DNA from: Vicinamibacterales bacterium
Lineage (GTDB): Bacteria > Acidobacteriota > Vicinamibacteria > Vicinamibacterales > UBA8438
Length of the DNA stretch: 64,000 nt
Assembly: GCA_965246995.1 (NCBI GenBank)
Contig: OZ252008.1
Span: forward strand, 883,986 to 947,985
Reading direction: 5' to 3'
This document shows, piece by piece, positions 63,137-64,000 of this stretch. Each line of letters starts with the position of its first letter. Position 1 is the stretch's first letter. The notes below the pieces were generated by a model. It ran no database searches. It was not told the DNA's origin and worked only from the letters and a program-made list of their open reading frames with translations. The position numbers and the translations under genes were made by a program.

Positions 63137-63717
63137 TTGGCCCGATACTTCGCTGCCTCCGCCGGCGCCCTGACAGCGGCGCTGCTGGTCGCCGCTCCCG
63201 TGCCGGAGGCGGCCTACCTCGAAGGTCCGCCGCCGGCCCACTCCGGTGGTTTCGGCGGCGACACCTGCCACGCCTGCCATTTCGAGAACGACCTCGATGC
63301 CCCCGGCGGCTCGCTCACGCTCGGCGGCGTGCCGGACACGTTCGACCCGTCGGCGACCTACCGCATCACGGTGTCCCTGGAGCGGCCCGGGATGGGGCGT
63401 GCCGGTTTCCAGTTGGCGGCTCGTGTAATGAAGGGGAGGGCGCCGGCGGGCCGGCGGGCGCCCTGCAGGTCCTGGGCGGCGACGAGCGCGTACAGGCCGT
63501 TGCGGCAGCGGACGGCGTGACCTATGCCCAGCACACGGAGCCGGGAACCACGCTCACCGGCCCCGGAACAGCCTCCTGGACCGTCGAATGGCGCCCGCCC
63601 GCCTTCGACGCAACGTCGGTCGTCTTCCACCTGGCCGCGAACGCAGCTAACGACGACGCGTCGGAGTTCGGCGACTACATCTACACGGTGTCGGCGACGA
63701 CGCGTCCTGCTAGTTGA
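63137..63717 (+). pseudogene. Secreted CxxCH (c-type heme motif) protein, reading frame broken once
   Basis: Frame 1 (TTG 63137) reads signal peptide + GGFGGDTCHACHFENDL...YRITVSLERPGMGRAGFQLAARV. Frame 2 continues EGEGAGGPAGALQVLGG...WTVEWRPP...VFHLAANAANDD...YIYTV to the stop at 63717. The frames join if the 4-G run at 63433-63436 were 5 G. This may be a sequencing error rather than a true pseudogene. Confidence 0.5.
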
Positions 63718-64000
63718 GGCTGGCGACACGCCGGCGGAGCGCCTTGACATGCTCCCAGATCTCGGACTGCTCGTTCTGTCCTTCGGTCTCGCCATCATCG
63801 CCGTCGTCCGCATCCGCTTCCTCCCGTCGGGAGGTGAAACGGAGGTAGGCTTCGAGGTCCCGCAGCGCTGCCTGGTAGTTATTCAGGTGGTAGGCAAGCA
63901 GGCCCCGGTCGCGCAGCTCCGTTATCGCGGACGGATTGAGTGCGAGAAGCAGGCGCGTGACCGCATGGGCCTGCGGAAACGACCGGAGCTTGACGTAGAT
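63710..64000 (-). CDS. SirB1/UPF0162-like TPR protein, C-terminal part (gene continues beyond the window)
   Basis: The translation of the minus strand ends ...LNPSAITELRDRGLLAYHLNNYQAALRDLEAYLRF...EIWEHVKALRRRVASLN with the stop at 63710-63712. It overlaps the convergent gene by 8 nt. Confidence 0.55.
   Translation of the reverse strand: MYVKLRSFPQAHAVTRLLLALNPSAITELRDRGLLAYHLNNYQAALRDLEAYLRFTSRREEADADDGDDGETEGQNEQSEIWEHVKALRRRVASLN

Overview
High-GC bacterial chromosomal window. The protein families resemble Acidobacteriota or Gemmatimonadota-type soil or marine bacteria, but that placement is inference only. I can support about 60 protein genes and no rRNA, tRNA or CRISPR array.

1-31.5 kb is mostly core metabolism:
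- split proline catabolism (PRODH 173-1126, P5C dehydrogenase 6290-7921)
- a Na/Pi symporter, a ThiO-like oxidase and a 1-Cys peroxiredoxin
- B. subtilis-order sdhCAB
- an SSF transporter with a small DUF3311-like partner
- a UbiA/DprE1/DprE2-like triad
- queF, HU, a lone E2 acyltransferase plus lipB, and YgfZ
- an unusually long transketolase-like enzyme next to a PQQ dehydrogenase

31.5-41.2 kb is a decayed integrative/mobilizable island. It holds:
- an IS1380-family IS with 23-nt inverted repeats
- one intact P4-type tyrosine integrase plus two remnants of the same gene
- a truncated, frameshifted IS91-family transposase
- MobC and relaxase stubs, and AlpA
- a lower-GC cargo block: a di-heme cytochrome c peroxidase/MauG-family gene and two secreted unknowns
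- a ~950-bp ORF-free stretch (34.56-35.51 kb) packed with repeats and perfect hairpins

The island abuts a broken pyruvate kinase gene.

41.2-64 kb mixes housekeeping genes (thiI, def, long-form thyX, rhodanese) with a run of signal-peptide proteins at 53.6-63.7 kb. That run holds a second PQQ dehydrogenase, an M28 peptidase, two beta-propeller plus c-heme-motif modules, a DUF4159 protein and an esterase. None of the run has a known collective function.

Three frameshifts fall in homopolymer runs and may be sequencing artefacts. Many long antisense ORFs in the track are high-GC artefacts and were rejected.
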